Shown: piece by piece, positions 18,537 through 27,106 of the stretch
Layout of the letters: every line of letters begins with the position of its first letter
Position numbering within the stretch: position 1 is the first letter of the stretch
Source: an uncultured Chloroflexia bacterium
Lineage (GTDB): Bacteria; Chloroflexota; Limnocylindria; QHBO01
Assembly (NCBI GenBank): GCA_963814375.1
Contig: CAWFCQ010000004.1
Span: forward strand, 288,001 to 352,000
Direction of reading: 5' to 3'
Length of the DNA: 64,000 nt
The notes under the pieces: model-generated
Databases searched by the model: none
What the model was told of the DNA's origin: nothing
The model's input: only the letters and a program-made list of their open reading frames with translations
Translations under genes and position numbers: made by a program

Positions 18537-19031
18537 GTGATCGCGCTCGGCATCGACCCCGGCACCGCAACCTGTGGTTTCGGCGTCGTCGCCTTCGACG
18601 GTCGCGCGCTTTCGCTGGTCGACGCGGGCACGATTCGAACGCCGTCGGAGGAGACGGATGCCGTTCGCCTGCATCGCCTGCACGCCGCCTTGCGCCAGCT
18701 CATCGCCGAGCACCGGCCGGAGCGGGTCGGGGTCGAGCGCCTCTTCTTCCAGCGCAACGTGCAGACGGCGATGGCCGTGGGCCAGGCTCGCGGCGTCGCG
18801 CTGCTGGCCACGGCCGAGGCGGGCGTCCCGATCGACGAGCCCACGCCGAACGAGGTGAAGCAGGCGATCTGCGGCAACGGCGCCGCCGACAAGCGGCAGG
18901 TGGCGTCGATGGTGGAGCGTCTCCTCGGCGTGTCGCTAGAGCGCGTCCCGGACGACGCGACCGATGCGCTTGCCATCGCGATCGGGTGCGCCTACCGTGC
19001 CGCCGCCGAGCCAAGGGCGGTGATCGGGTGA
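18537..19031 (+). CDS. ruvC: Holliday junction resolvase RuvC
   Basis: ALGIDPG, VERLFF, VGQARGV, EVKQAICGNGAADKRQV, DDATDALAIA; leaderless GTG 6 nt after TACCAT. Confidence 0.95.
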   Translation: MIALGIDPGTATCGFGVVAFDGRALSLVDAGTIRTPSEETDAVRLHRLHAALRQLIAEHRPERVGVERLFFQRNVQTAMAVGQARGVALLATAEAGVPIDEPTPNEVKQAICGNGAADKRQVASMVERLLGVSLERVPDDATDALAIAIGCAYRAAAEPRAVIG

Positions 19032-19603
19032 TCGGTTCGATCAGGGGGACCGTCACTCACGTCGGCCTCGATCACGCGCTGGTGGAGGTCGGGGGGATCG
19101 GGTATCGCGTCGTTGCCGGGCCGGCACTGCTCGCGAAGCTGCGGACGGGGACGGAGGCATCGGTCTTCACCCACCATCTCGTCCGTGAGGACCAGCAGGC
19201 CCTCTTCGGCTTTGCCACGACCGAGGAGCTCGCCTTCTTCGAGCTGCTGCTGACCGTGTCCCAGGTCGGGCCGCGCCTCGCGCTGGCCATCACCGCAGCG
19301 CATCCGGTGACCAAGCTCCAGCTCGCCATCGTCACCGACGACGTCGACGTCTTCACCTCCGTTTCCGGCATCGGCCGCAAGACGGCGCAGCGGATCATCC
19401 TCGAGCTCAAGGAGAAGGTGCACGCGGCCGGCATTGCGGTCGGCCCGGGTGCGGGGTCCGACTCGGATGTCGTCGCGGCCCTCGAGTCGCTCGGCTACAC
19501 CGCCACGGAGGCCCGTCGCGCAGCCGGCGCGGTCGCGGCAACCGACGGCGAGCTCGACGCCAGGATCAAGGCTGCCCTCCAGGAGCTGGCTCGGTCGCGG
19601 TGA
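19028..19603 (+). CDS. ruvA: Holliday junction branch migration protein RuvA
   Basis: MIGSIRG, EVGGIGY, LFGF, VSQVGPRLAL, GIGRKTAQRIILELK, ALESLGY; GTGA overlap with ruvC. Confidence 0.95.
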   Translation: MIGSIRGTVTHVGLDHALVEVGGIGYRVVAGPALLAKLRTGTEASVFTHHLVREDQQALFGFATTEELAFFELLLTVSQVGPRLALAITAAHPVTKLQLAIVTDDVDVFTSVSGIGRKTAQRIILELKEKVHAAGIAVGPGAGSDSDVVAALESLGYTATEARRAAGAVAATDGELDARIKAALQELARSR

Positions 19604-20052
19604 CGATCGAGCGGGACTGGCGGGATCCGGCCACCGCCGAGCGAATCCTCCGCTCGTATCGCGTGTGGGCGGTGGTCGGGTGCTCGTCGCGCCCGTGGCG
19701 GGCCTCGTTCGGCGTGTCGCGCTACCTCCTCCGCCAGGGCTACGACGTCGTGCCGATCCACCCGAACGAGAAGCGGGTGCATGACAGGCTCGTGTACCGC
19801 GACCTCGCCTCGGTGCCGGAGGAGCGCGGTGCGCCGATCGAGGTGGTGGACCTCTTTCGCCGTTCCGAAGCGGTCATGCCCCATGTCGAGGAGGCGATCG
19901 CCATCGGCGCGAAGGCGGTCTGGATGCAGCTCGAGGTCTGGAACGAGGACGCCGCTCGGCTCGCCGCCGATGCTGGCCTGCTTGTCGTCATGGACCGATG
20001 CCCGGCCATCGACCACCCGGCCATGATCGGAGCTTCCTGGACTGCTTCCTGA
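19600..20052 (+). CDS. CoA-binding protein (YccU-like)
   Basis: WAVVGCSSRPWRAS, VVDLFRRS, AKAVWMQL, VVMDRC. Confidence 0.88.
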   Translation: MTIERDWRDPATAERILRSYRVWAVVGCSSRPWRASFGVSRYLLRQGYDVVPIHPNEKRVHDRLVYRDLASVPEERGAPIEVVDLFRRSEAVMPHVEEAIAIGAKAVWMQLEVWNEDAARLAADAGLLVVMDRCPAIDHPAMIGASWTAS

Positions 20053-20065
20053 ATCGGGCGCTTGC

Positions 20066-20992
20066 CTACGAGTCGCGCCTGAGGACGAGCCCGATGTGGC
20101 CGAAAGGCGGCCGCGGATCGGCGTAGGTCTTCACGAGTGGATTCTCGGTCGACTCGGCGACGAGGTCCCACAGCCGGTTCTGGGCGTCGAAGCTCACCTC
20201 GGCCAGCTGCGGCCATCGATCGAGCATCCGGGTGCCGATCTCGTTCACGAGGTGCTGGATCGAGAGGCTGACGAACTCGTGGAAGACGGCATTGGCGAGG
20301 TCCGCGACCTGCTCCGAGGCGACGTATCGGCTCGGATCGGCGAGGACGGCGTCGGCGGCATCGGCATAGCGCCAGCCGATGTCGCACCAGATGTAGAGCG
20401 GGCGGTCACGACGCTCGGGGAGGGTGGTGTGCTCGTCACGGGCGAAGTCGGCGAACGCGGAGCCGGTGATCTTGATGAGCTGAAGGTCGCGTCGGGCGGA
20501 CTCGTGATCGGTGATGCGAACGCTGCCGCCCTCATCGCGCTCGAGCTCGAGGCGCGCGGCGCCGGCGTCGCATCGCTCGCGGCTGAAGAGGCGGTCGGAC
20601 GACTCGAACCCGCCCTCACCGGGAATCACCGCCGCCGGAAACGGCAGATCCCGGCCGAGCATCGTCAATCGTTCCATGTGCGGATAGGTGTCGAGGAAGG
20701 CCGTTCCGACCTCCAGCAGCCACTCCTCGAGGGCTCGGGCCCTGGCCGTCAGGGAAGTGGCATGGATGAAGTTCTTCATCGTGTCGGTGGCGACGACCAG
20801 GCGATTGTCACCCTTCGTGTATGCGTCCAGGAACTGGGTGCCGTGGACGACGACCTCGATCGCGGCGGCCGCCAGCGTGTTTTCGCGACCGGCGAACGGC
20901 GACTCGGGGATCGGTGTGACGCCCTCCAGCGGCTGCGCAAGGGTGCGGTAAACCTTGACGTCGGCCTTGCCGTACTGGATCTCGTGCTTCAC
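20066..20992 (-). CDS. pucL: Urate oxidase (cofactor-independent uricase, Bacillus PucL-type)
   Basis: YGKADVKVYR, VATDTMKNFI, KITGSAFADFARDEHTTLPERRDRPL, SLSIQHL, QNRLWD. Confidence 0.9.
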   Translation of the reverse strand: MKHEIQYGKADVKVYRTLAQPLEGVTPIPESPFAGRENTLAAAAIEVVVHGTQFLDAYTKGDNRLVVATDTMKNFIHATSLTARARALEEWLLEVGTAFLDTYPHMERLTMLGRDLPFPAAVIPGEGGFESSDRLFSRERCDAGAARLELERDEGGSVRITDHESARRDLQLIKITGSAFADFARDEHTTLPERRDRPLYIWCDIGWRYADAADAVLADPSRYVASEQVADLANAVFHEFVSLSIQHLVNEIGTRMLDRWPQLAEVSFDAQNRLWDLVAESTENPLVKTYADPRPPFGHIGLVLRRDS

Positions 20993-21966
20993 CCAGCGGC
21001 CTCCTCGGGCGGATCAGGCGGTCCGAACAGCTCGGCGGCAGCGCGGCGGATCTCGGCGTCGAGGCCCTCGCGGTCGTCGTCGGCAGCCTCCCAGCGCTCG
21101 ACGAGCTCGCGGAAGTCGGCATTGCCCGATGCCGCGACGATGCGCCGCGCCCCGTCGATCGGCTGGCTCACGTCGCCGACGATCGACGCCGCCGCGTGGA
21201 GGGCGAGCAGCTGCCCCGCCTGCTCCGATTCCCATCCATCCAGCCCGATCTCGGCCATGACGGCCGCAACCGACGCGCCGATGTCTCCCTCGCCATCCTG
21301 GCCCGCCACCGACAGCGCCAGGAGCGCCGGCGACTCCACCCCCTCCTCGATGAGCCGATGGGTCGCACGGATGAGGCCGTCGCGGTCGAGCTCGCCGACC
21401 ATGAAGCGCGAGACCTCGAGCGCGATCGCCTCACGCACAGGCTCCGGAAGCGCCCGGGGTCCGCGCCGGCGATCCCATCGATCGGCCGCGATGAGCACGA
21501 CGTCGTCGAGGCCCCGGCGCAGCTCCTCGTCGCGATCCGCGCGGAGTGCGGTCTCGAGCACGGGAATGATGTCCGCCTTCGGCCGACCGGCGACGAAGAC
21601 CACGAAGCGGAACCCGAAGTGGCCCTCGTACGCCTCGTTGAGCGCGTCCAGCTCGTCGGCCACCCACGAGTCGGAGGGCTCAGGCTCCAAGCCGTCAGCG
21701 TCATAGCCCTGCTCCCGATGCGATTCGGCGGAGACGGACGCGGGATCGGCGCCGATGCGCGGATGAGCATCCAGGAGCTCGATCTGCTCTCCCTCGGGCA
21801 TCTCGCGCGCGGTCGCACGCGCGACGTCGAAGAGCTCGTCGTCGGACTCGAAGGGGCGCTCTTCGGCGAGAAGGGCCAGGAACCGAGGCGCGCCTTCGAA
21901 GAGGGGAGCCAGCGACTCGGCAAACCGGTCGGCTGGCATGGCGTTCAGCTCCTCGACGCTCGCCAC
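20989..21966 (-). CDS. uraD: OHCU decarboxylase with an extra ~150 aa C-terminal domain
   Basis: LFEGAP, LDAHPRIG, SHREQ, LNEAYEGHFGFRFVVFVAGR in the first ~170 aa. Confidence 0.85.
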   Translation of the reverse strand: MASVEELNAMPADRFAESLAPLFEGAPRFLALLAEERPFESDDELFDVARATAREMPEGEQIELLDAHPRIGADPASVSAESHREQGYDADGLEPEPSDSWVADELDALNEAYEGHFGFRFVVFVAGRPKADIIPVLETALRADRDEELRRGLDDVVLIAADRWDRRRGPRALPEPVREAIALEVSRFMVGELDRDGLIRATHRLIEEGVESPALLALSVAGQDGEGDIGASVAAVMAEIGLDGWESEQAGQLLALHAAASIVGDVSQPIDGARRIVAASGNADFRELVERWEAADDDREGLDAEIRRAAAELFGPPDPPEEAAG

Positions 21967-21968
21967 CC

Positions 21969-22316
21969 TCAGCTGCCCCGGTAGGTGCTCATGCCGAACG
22001 GGCTCAGTAGCAGCGGGACGTGGTACGAGCGGCCGGCATCGGTGATGCGGAGCGCGACCGCGGCGCTCTGAAAGAACGCGTCGGGGTCGTCCGCGTAGCC
22101 GCCGACGTCGAATGCCAGCTGGTAGTCGCCCTCGTCGAGGTCGCTGCCGTCAAGGAGGTCGCGGATGCGCCCGTCGGCATCGGTCTGGTGCTCGCCGACG
22201 AGCTCGGGAGCGCCATCGGGGGCCAGCCGGAAGATGGCCACGCCGACCCCGGGCGCGGGCTCGCCGCTGGCGAGGTCGAGGACATGGGTGCTGATCGTTG
22301 GGCGAGCGCCGGCCAT
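21969..22316 (-). CDS. uraH: 5-hydroxyisourate hydrolase
   Basis: ISTHVLD, TDADGR, YHVPLLLSPFGMSTYRGS (terminal YRGS). Confidence 0.95.
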   Translation of the reverse strand: MAGARPTISTHVLDLASGEPAPGVGVAIFRLAPDGAPELVGEHQTDADGRIRDLLDGSDLDEGDYQLAFDVGGYADDPDAFFQSAAVALRITDAGRSYHVPLLLSPFGMSTYRGS

Positions 22317-22342
22317 GGGGCCCTCCGGTATGCTCCGCCATC

Positions 22343-22927
22343 ATGCCCGATGCGCCCGAGGCCCGTACCGCCCGCGCCGACGTGCTCCTGGCCGGCTCTC
22401 CCGGGCCGAACACCGCGAGCACGTGCACGCTCGTCCGCGACGGCGACCTGGCGGTCGTGGTGGATCCCGGACTGGCACCGTCGCAGGAGGCGATCCTCGG
22501 GCCGCTGCGTGCATTCGGGCTCGAGGCGGCGGACGTCACGGACGTGGTCATCTCGCACCACCATCCGGACCACTGTCTCAATGTTGCGCTCTTTCCGCTG
22601 GCCCGCGTCCACGACCATTGGGCGATCTACGACTTCAACGGCCGATGGGACGACGTCGACTGCGAGGGTCGCGTGCTGTCGCCATCCATCCAGCTCATCC
22701 GCACCGCCGGTCACTCGGCCGAGGATCTTTCGACGGTGGCGGGCACGCCGGAGGGCGTTGTCGTCATGACGCATCTGTGGTGGACGGCTGCCGGTCCCGC
22801 GGAGGATCCGTACTCGCCCGACCCCGCCACGCTCCACGCGTCACGGGAGCGGGTCCTGGGGTTCGCCGATCTGATCGTGCCCGGGCACGGCGCGGCGTTC
22901 ACACCTAGTGATGCGACTCCGCGGTGA
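22343..22927 (+). CDS. MBL-fold metallo-hydrolase
   Basis: VVDPG, SHHHPDH, TAGHS, IVPGHG. Confidence 0.85.
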   Translation: MPDAPEARTARADVLLAGSPGPNTASTCTLVRDGDLAVVVDPGLAPSQEAILGPLRAFGLEAADVTDVVISHHHPDHCLNVALFPLARVHDHWAIYDFNGRWDDVDCEGRVLSPSIQLIRTAGHSAEDLSTVAGTPEGVVVMTHLWWTAAGPAEDPYSPDPATLHASRERVLGFADLIVPGHGAAFTPSDATPR

Positions 22928-22948
22928 GCGCGGGCTATGCTGCGTCGC

Positions 22949-23362
22949 ATGGCTGACCTGACGATCCGCGTCGGCGATCTCGCCTTCGAGGCGCGCTGGG
23001 AGGCCGATGCGCCGCTCACCCGTGCCGCCCTCGAGCCGTGGCTGCCGATCCAATCGCAGCTCATCCACTGCAAGTGGAGCGGCGAGTCGACCTGGATCCC
23101 GTTCGGCGACAGGCGCCCCGATGTCGGGTTCGAGAACCACAACAGCCACCCCGCACCCGGACAGCTGCTCATCTACACCGGCGAGATCAGCGAGTGCGAG
23201 ATCCTCTTCCCCTACGGCGCATGCAGCTTCAGCTCGCGGGTGGGCCCGCTTGCCGGCAATCACTTCGCGACGATCGTCTCGGGTGCTGAGCAGCTCGCCG
23301 ACATGGGCAAGCGAGTCCTGTGGGAGGGCGCGCAGGACATCGAGATCAGCACGGGGTCCTGA
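22949..23362 (+). CDS. DUF3830 family protein (cyclophilin-like fold)
   Basis: LIHCKWSGESTWIP, ENHNSHPAPGQLLIYTGEISECEILFPYG, LAGNHF, LWEGAQDI. Confidence 0.8.
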   Translation: MADLTIRVGDLAFEARWEADAPLTRAALEPWLPIQSQLIHCKWSGESTWIPFGDRRPDVGFENHNSHPAPGQLLIYTGEISECEILFPYGACSFSSRVGPLAGNHFATIVSGAEQLADMGKRVLWEGAQDIEISTGS

Positions 23363-23371
23363 CCGATCACG

Positions 23372-24736
23372 ATGACGGACCTCGTCATCGCCGGTGGTAC
23401 GGTCGTCACGCCGGAAGGCCTCATCGCGGCCGACGTGGCCGTGGCCGACGGGCGGATCGAGCGCATCGGCCCCTCACTTGAGGCGGACGGAGCGGAGCTC
23501 ATCGATGCGAGCGGACTGCTCGTCCTGCCGGGAGCGATCGACGTCCATACGCACCTCCGGCTGCCCGACGAGGCACGGCCCGACCGGTTCGCGGTTGACA
23601 CGGCGGCCGCGGGAGCCGGCGGCACGACCACGGTCCTGACCTTCAACAACCCCGGCACGGGCATCAGCGATGAGGGCGCACGGTCGCTCCTGCGCGGGCT
23701 GGAGGAGTTTCGGACGCGCACCGAGGGGGAGTCCGCGGTCGACTACAGCCTCTGCTCGGTCGTCACCGGCCAGCAGGACGATCCGATCGCCGAGCTTCCG
23801 GCGCTGATCGACGCGGGAGTACCCACCTTCAAGGCGTTCATGGTCTACGACTTCCGCCTGCCCGATGCCGATCTCGTGCGCGCCATGCGGACCGCGGCAC
23901 GGCACGACGGGATGCTCATGCTGCACTGCGAGGACCCGAGCGTCATCGATCCGCTCGTCGCGGCCGCCGTCGGCCGAGGCGAGGTTGCGTGCCGCTTCCA
24001 CGCGGCAACCCGGCCGGCCCACGCGGAGGGCGCCGCCACGCGCCGCGCGATCGAGATGGCCCGCCAGGCCGAGGCGGCGCTCTACGTGGTCCACCTCAGC
24101 TGCGAGGAGGCGCTCGACGCGGTCGCCGAGGCGAAGGCCAAGGGCCAGCCGGTGTACGCCGAGACCTGCCCGCACTACCTCACCTTCACCGATGCGCTCT
24201 ACGACGATCCCGACGAGGCCGAGGTCATCAAGCGCGTCATCTCACCGCCGCTCCGGACGGCCCGCGACGTCGATTCCCTCTGGGCCGGCCTGCGTGACGG
24301 CGTGCTCGATGTGGTGGGAAGCGACCACGTTCCCGATCGGATCGACGACGAGAAGTCGGTGCCGGCGCCGCCATTCCCCGAGATCAGCAACGGCGGGCCG
24401 GGAGTCGAGACCCTGCTGAGCGTCGTCTACTCGGAGGGGGTCGCCGCAGGCCGGCTATCGCTCGAGCGCATGGTCGAGGTCCTGTCGGCAACGCCGGCCC
24501 GGCTGTTCGGCCTCGGCACCAAAGGCTCGATCGAGGCCGGGCGTGATGCTGACGTTGTCCTGTGGGATCCCGCTGCGCGAAGAACGCTCCGGCAGGAGGA
24601 TCTCCACCACACCAGCGACTACACGCCGTTCGAGGGATTGGACGTCGCCGGCGCGCCGATCCGAACGATCCTCCGGGGTCGCCAACCTGGCCGCGGGACT
24701 GGCCGGTTCGTCGAGCGCCGACTCGCACGGAACTGA
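23372..24736 (+). CDS. Cyclic amidohydrolase (dihydropyrimidinase/hydantoinase/allantoinase family)
   Basis: PGAIDVHTH, FKAFMVY (carbamylated Lys), HCED, VVHLS, AETCPHYL, SPPLR, GSDH, DADVVLWDP. Confidence 0.88.
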   Translation: MTDLVIAGGTVVTPEGLIAADVAVADGRIERIGPSLEADGAELIDASGLLVLPGAIDVHTHLRLPDEARPDRFAVDTAAAGAGGTTTVLTFNNPGTGISDEGARSLLRGLEEFRTRTEGESAVDYSLCSVVTGQQDDPIAELPALIDAGVPTFKAFMVYDFRLPDADLVRAMRTAARHDGMLMLHCEDPSVIDPLVAAAVGRGEVACRFHAATRPAHAEGAATRRAIEMARQAEAALYVVHLSCEEALDAVAEAKAKGQPVYAETCPHYLTFTDALYDDPDEAEVIKRVISPPLRTARDVDSLWAGLRDGVLDVVGSDHVPDRIDDEKSVPAPPFPEISNGGPGVETLLSVVYSEGVAAGRLSLERMVEVLSATPARLFGLGTKGSIEAGRDADVVLWDPAARRTLRQEDLHHTSDYTPFEGLDVAGAPIRTILRGRQPGRGTGRFVERRLARN

Positions 24737-24762
24737 GCGCGACGGCTCGGCGTCCCAGCGGG

Positions 24763-25537
24763 GTGCGCACAGCGGCTGCGGCCATCCTCGTTCTGCTCCT
24801 GGCGGCCTGTGGCGGGGCCGGGGCGGAGCCGACCCCGTCGGTGGTGGAGCTCGACCCCAGCGGCACCTGGCGCCTCGTCGCCGGCCACGGCGCCGATGGT
24901 GAGATCCCGCTGGTGGACGATCACCCGATCACCCTGATCATCGAAGGATCCGAGATCGGCGGCACCGCGGCGTGCAACCAGTACGGTGGGCGCTTCGTGC
25001 TGGCCGGCGGGACGCTATCGATCGGCGAGATGAGCATGACCGCGATGGGCTGCGACGCGCCGGTGGCAGCCAGTGAGGCAGCCTATGTCGCCGCCTTGGC
25101 CGAGGTGTCGGCGCTGAGGATGGACGGCGCCGAGCTCGTCCTCACCGGCGACGGAGTTGGAGCTTCGATTCACGCCGCTCGAGCCGCCGCCCACGGCCGA
25201 GCTGGTCGGCACGAGCTGGGTCCTCGAAACGCTCTTCGTCGGCGACGTCGCATCGGCGCCGATGGGCGACCCGGCCTCGCTCGAGCTGTCGCCGGACGGC
25301 ACCTTCTCCGGCTCGACGGGCTGCCGGACCTTCACCGGGAGGTGGGTCGAGCGGGGGAACCAGATCCATGCTCCGGAGATGGCAATGGACGGGACGGAGT
25401 GCCCGCCCGACCTGGCGCAGCAGGACAGCCACGTGGTGGGTGTCATCGGCGACGGGTTCGTGCCGACGATCGAGGGCGAGCTCCTGACGCTGACCGACCC
25501 CGGCGGCATCGGCCTCGTCTACCGGTCCGGGGAATAG
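24763..25537 (+). CDS. Lipoprotein with two META (HslJ-like) domains (frameshift near 25157)
   Basis: Lipobox LAAC; GTAACNQYGG...MTAMGC, then in the 25157..25537 frame GSTGCRTFTG...GTEC. Confidence 0.75.
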
Positions 25538-25540
25538 CGA

Positions 25541-25570
25541 ACGACCCGGCGGCCGAGGCCACCGGGTCGT
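25541..25570. terminator. Hairpin between convergent META and zinc-ribbon genes
   Basis: acgacccgg-c-ggcc-ga-ggcc-a-ccgggtcgt. Confidence 0.5.
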
Positions 25571-25594
25571 ATCGGTGCGTGGAGCGCTACGCGC

Positions 25595-25930
25595 CTAGCG
25601 GCGGAAGCAGTCGCTGCAGTAGACGGGCTTGGTGCCGGTCGGACGGAACGGGACGCGGGCTTCCTTGCCACAGCTGTCGCAGGTGGTGGTGAACATCTCG
25701 CGCGGGCGGTCGCTGTAGCCGCCGCCACCGCCACCACCGTAGCCGCCGCCATCGCTGTAGCCGCCGCCGCTGCTCTCGCCGCGCTGCGCCTTGCGGACCG
25801 CACGGCAGGCCGGGCATCGGCGCGGCTCGCTGAACTGACGGTCGGCGTAGAACTGCTGGTCGCTCGCAGTGAAGTTGAACTCCGTGCTGCAGTCGACACA
25901 GGTCAGGGTCTTATCGGTATAGGTGAACAA
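25595..25930 (-). CDS. Zinc-ribbon/CxxC-x17-CxxC domain protein with Gly-rich linker
   Basis: DKTLTCVDC...EPRRCPAC; CDSCGKEARVPFRPTGTKPVYCSDCF; TTG start with AGGAG RBS. Confidence 0.9.
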   Translation of the reverse strand: MFTYTDKTLTCVDCSTEFNFTASDQQFYADRQFSEPRRCPACRAVRKAQRGESSGGGYSDGGGYGGGGGGGYSDRPREMFTTTCDSCGKEARVPFRPTGTKPVYCSDCFRR

Positions 25931-26147
25931 AGAGAAACACTCCTACTCGTGCGGCCTCAGCGAGCCATCTCGCCGTGAAGACCGTGAGAGGAGCGTTCGT
26001 GGTGCCGCAGGATTCTGATTGCCCGACTCGCGGGCGTTGTTGCGGAGCACGATACCACGATTCGGCGCCCGACGCGTCTGGGACCATTGCCGCGGTCCGT
26101 ACACTCATGCCGATGGCGCCGGAGGGGCTCATTGCGAGGGAGAACGA

Positions 26148-26561
26148 ATGGCACGTGACGAGAAGCTCGAGCACCTGAAGCAGGTCCCGCTCTTCGCCCG
26201 CATGGGCAAGAAGGAGCTGGAGCGCCTGGGCCAGCTGACGGACGAGGTGGAGGTCGGGCTCGACTATCACCTCACCGAGCAGGGCCAGATCGGCCACGAG
26301 TTCTTCATCGTGATGGATGGCCATCTCATGGTTCTCGACGGGACCCGCCCCATCGCGACCCTCGGCCCGGGTGACTTCTTCGGCGAGATCGCGCTGGTCG
26401 AGAGCGTGCCGCGCACCGCAACGGTCCGCGCGGAGGGCATCGCGCGGGTGCTCGTCATCGGTCACCGCGAGTTCCACGCCTTCATGGACGAGTTCCCCCA
26501 GGTCCGCAAGGCCGTGCTGGACGCGCTGGCGGAACGGCTGCGGCGCGTGGAGGGAGCCTGA
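26148..26561 (+). CDS. Stand-alone cyclic nucleotide-binding domain protein
   Basis: LKQVPLFA, LGPGDFFGEIALVESVPRTATVRA. Confidence 0.88.
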   Translation: MARDEKLEHLKQVPLFARMGKKELERLGQLTDEVEVGLDYHLTEQGQIGHEFFIVMDGHLMVLDGTRPIATLGPGDFFGEIALVESVPRTATVRAEGIARVLVIGHREFHAFMDEFPQVRKAVLDALAERLRRVEGA

Positions 26562-27106
26562 GCATCGGAGCGCGAGAGGTTCTCGCACTCGTTCCGCCGG
26601 ACGGATCGGATCCCGAGGTCGGACGCTGGCTGGCCGCGCTCGAGGACGGCCGGCGCGAGACGCTGTCCGAGCTCGCGGGCGTGAGGCCGGACATGGTCGA
26701 CTGGTATCCCGATGCGCCCCTCAACAGCATCGGCTCGCTTCTCTATCACATCGCCCTGATCGAGGCGTCGTGGGTGGCGGACGAGATCCTCGACGCCGGC
26801 GAGCCTGACGAGCTGGCTGCGCTCCTGCCCTGGTCCGATCGCGAGCCCGAGCCCGGAGAAGGGGGAGAGGGTCATCTGACCAGGATCGACGGTCAGAGCC
26901 TCGAAACGCACGTGACGCGCCTCGCCGAGGTACGGGCCTGGGTGCTGGAGGGGCTGACGGGCATCTCGAACGCCGACTTCCACACGATCAGGTCGCTCGA
27001 GCGGTACGACGTTGCGCCGGATTGGGTGCTGCATCATCTCCTCCAGCACGAGGCCGAGCATCGGTCGCACATCGCCTGGCTGCGAGACACCTTCCCGGAT
27101 ACGTGA
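26558..27106 (+). CDS. DinB family protein (probable CTG start coupled to the upstream stop)
   Basis: NSIGSLLYHIALIE...WVLHHLLQHEAEHRSHI; frame is open back to CTG 26558 (CTGA overlap, GGAGGGAG RBS). Confidence 0.8.
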   Translation: MSIGAREVLALVPPDGSDPEVGRWLAALEDGRRETLSELAGVRPDMVDWYPDAPLNSIGSLLYHIALIEASWVADEILDAGEPDELAALLPWSDREPEPGEGGEGHLTRIDGQSLETHVTRLAEVRAWVLEGLTGISNADFHTIRSLERYDVAPDWVLHHLLQHEAEHRSHIAWLRDTFPDT

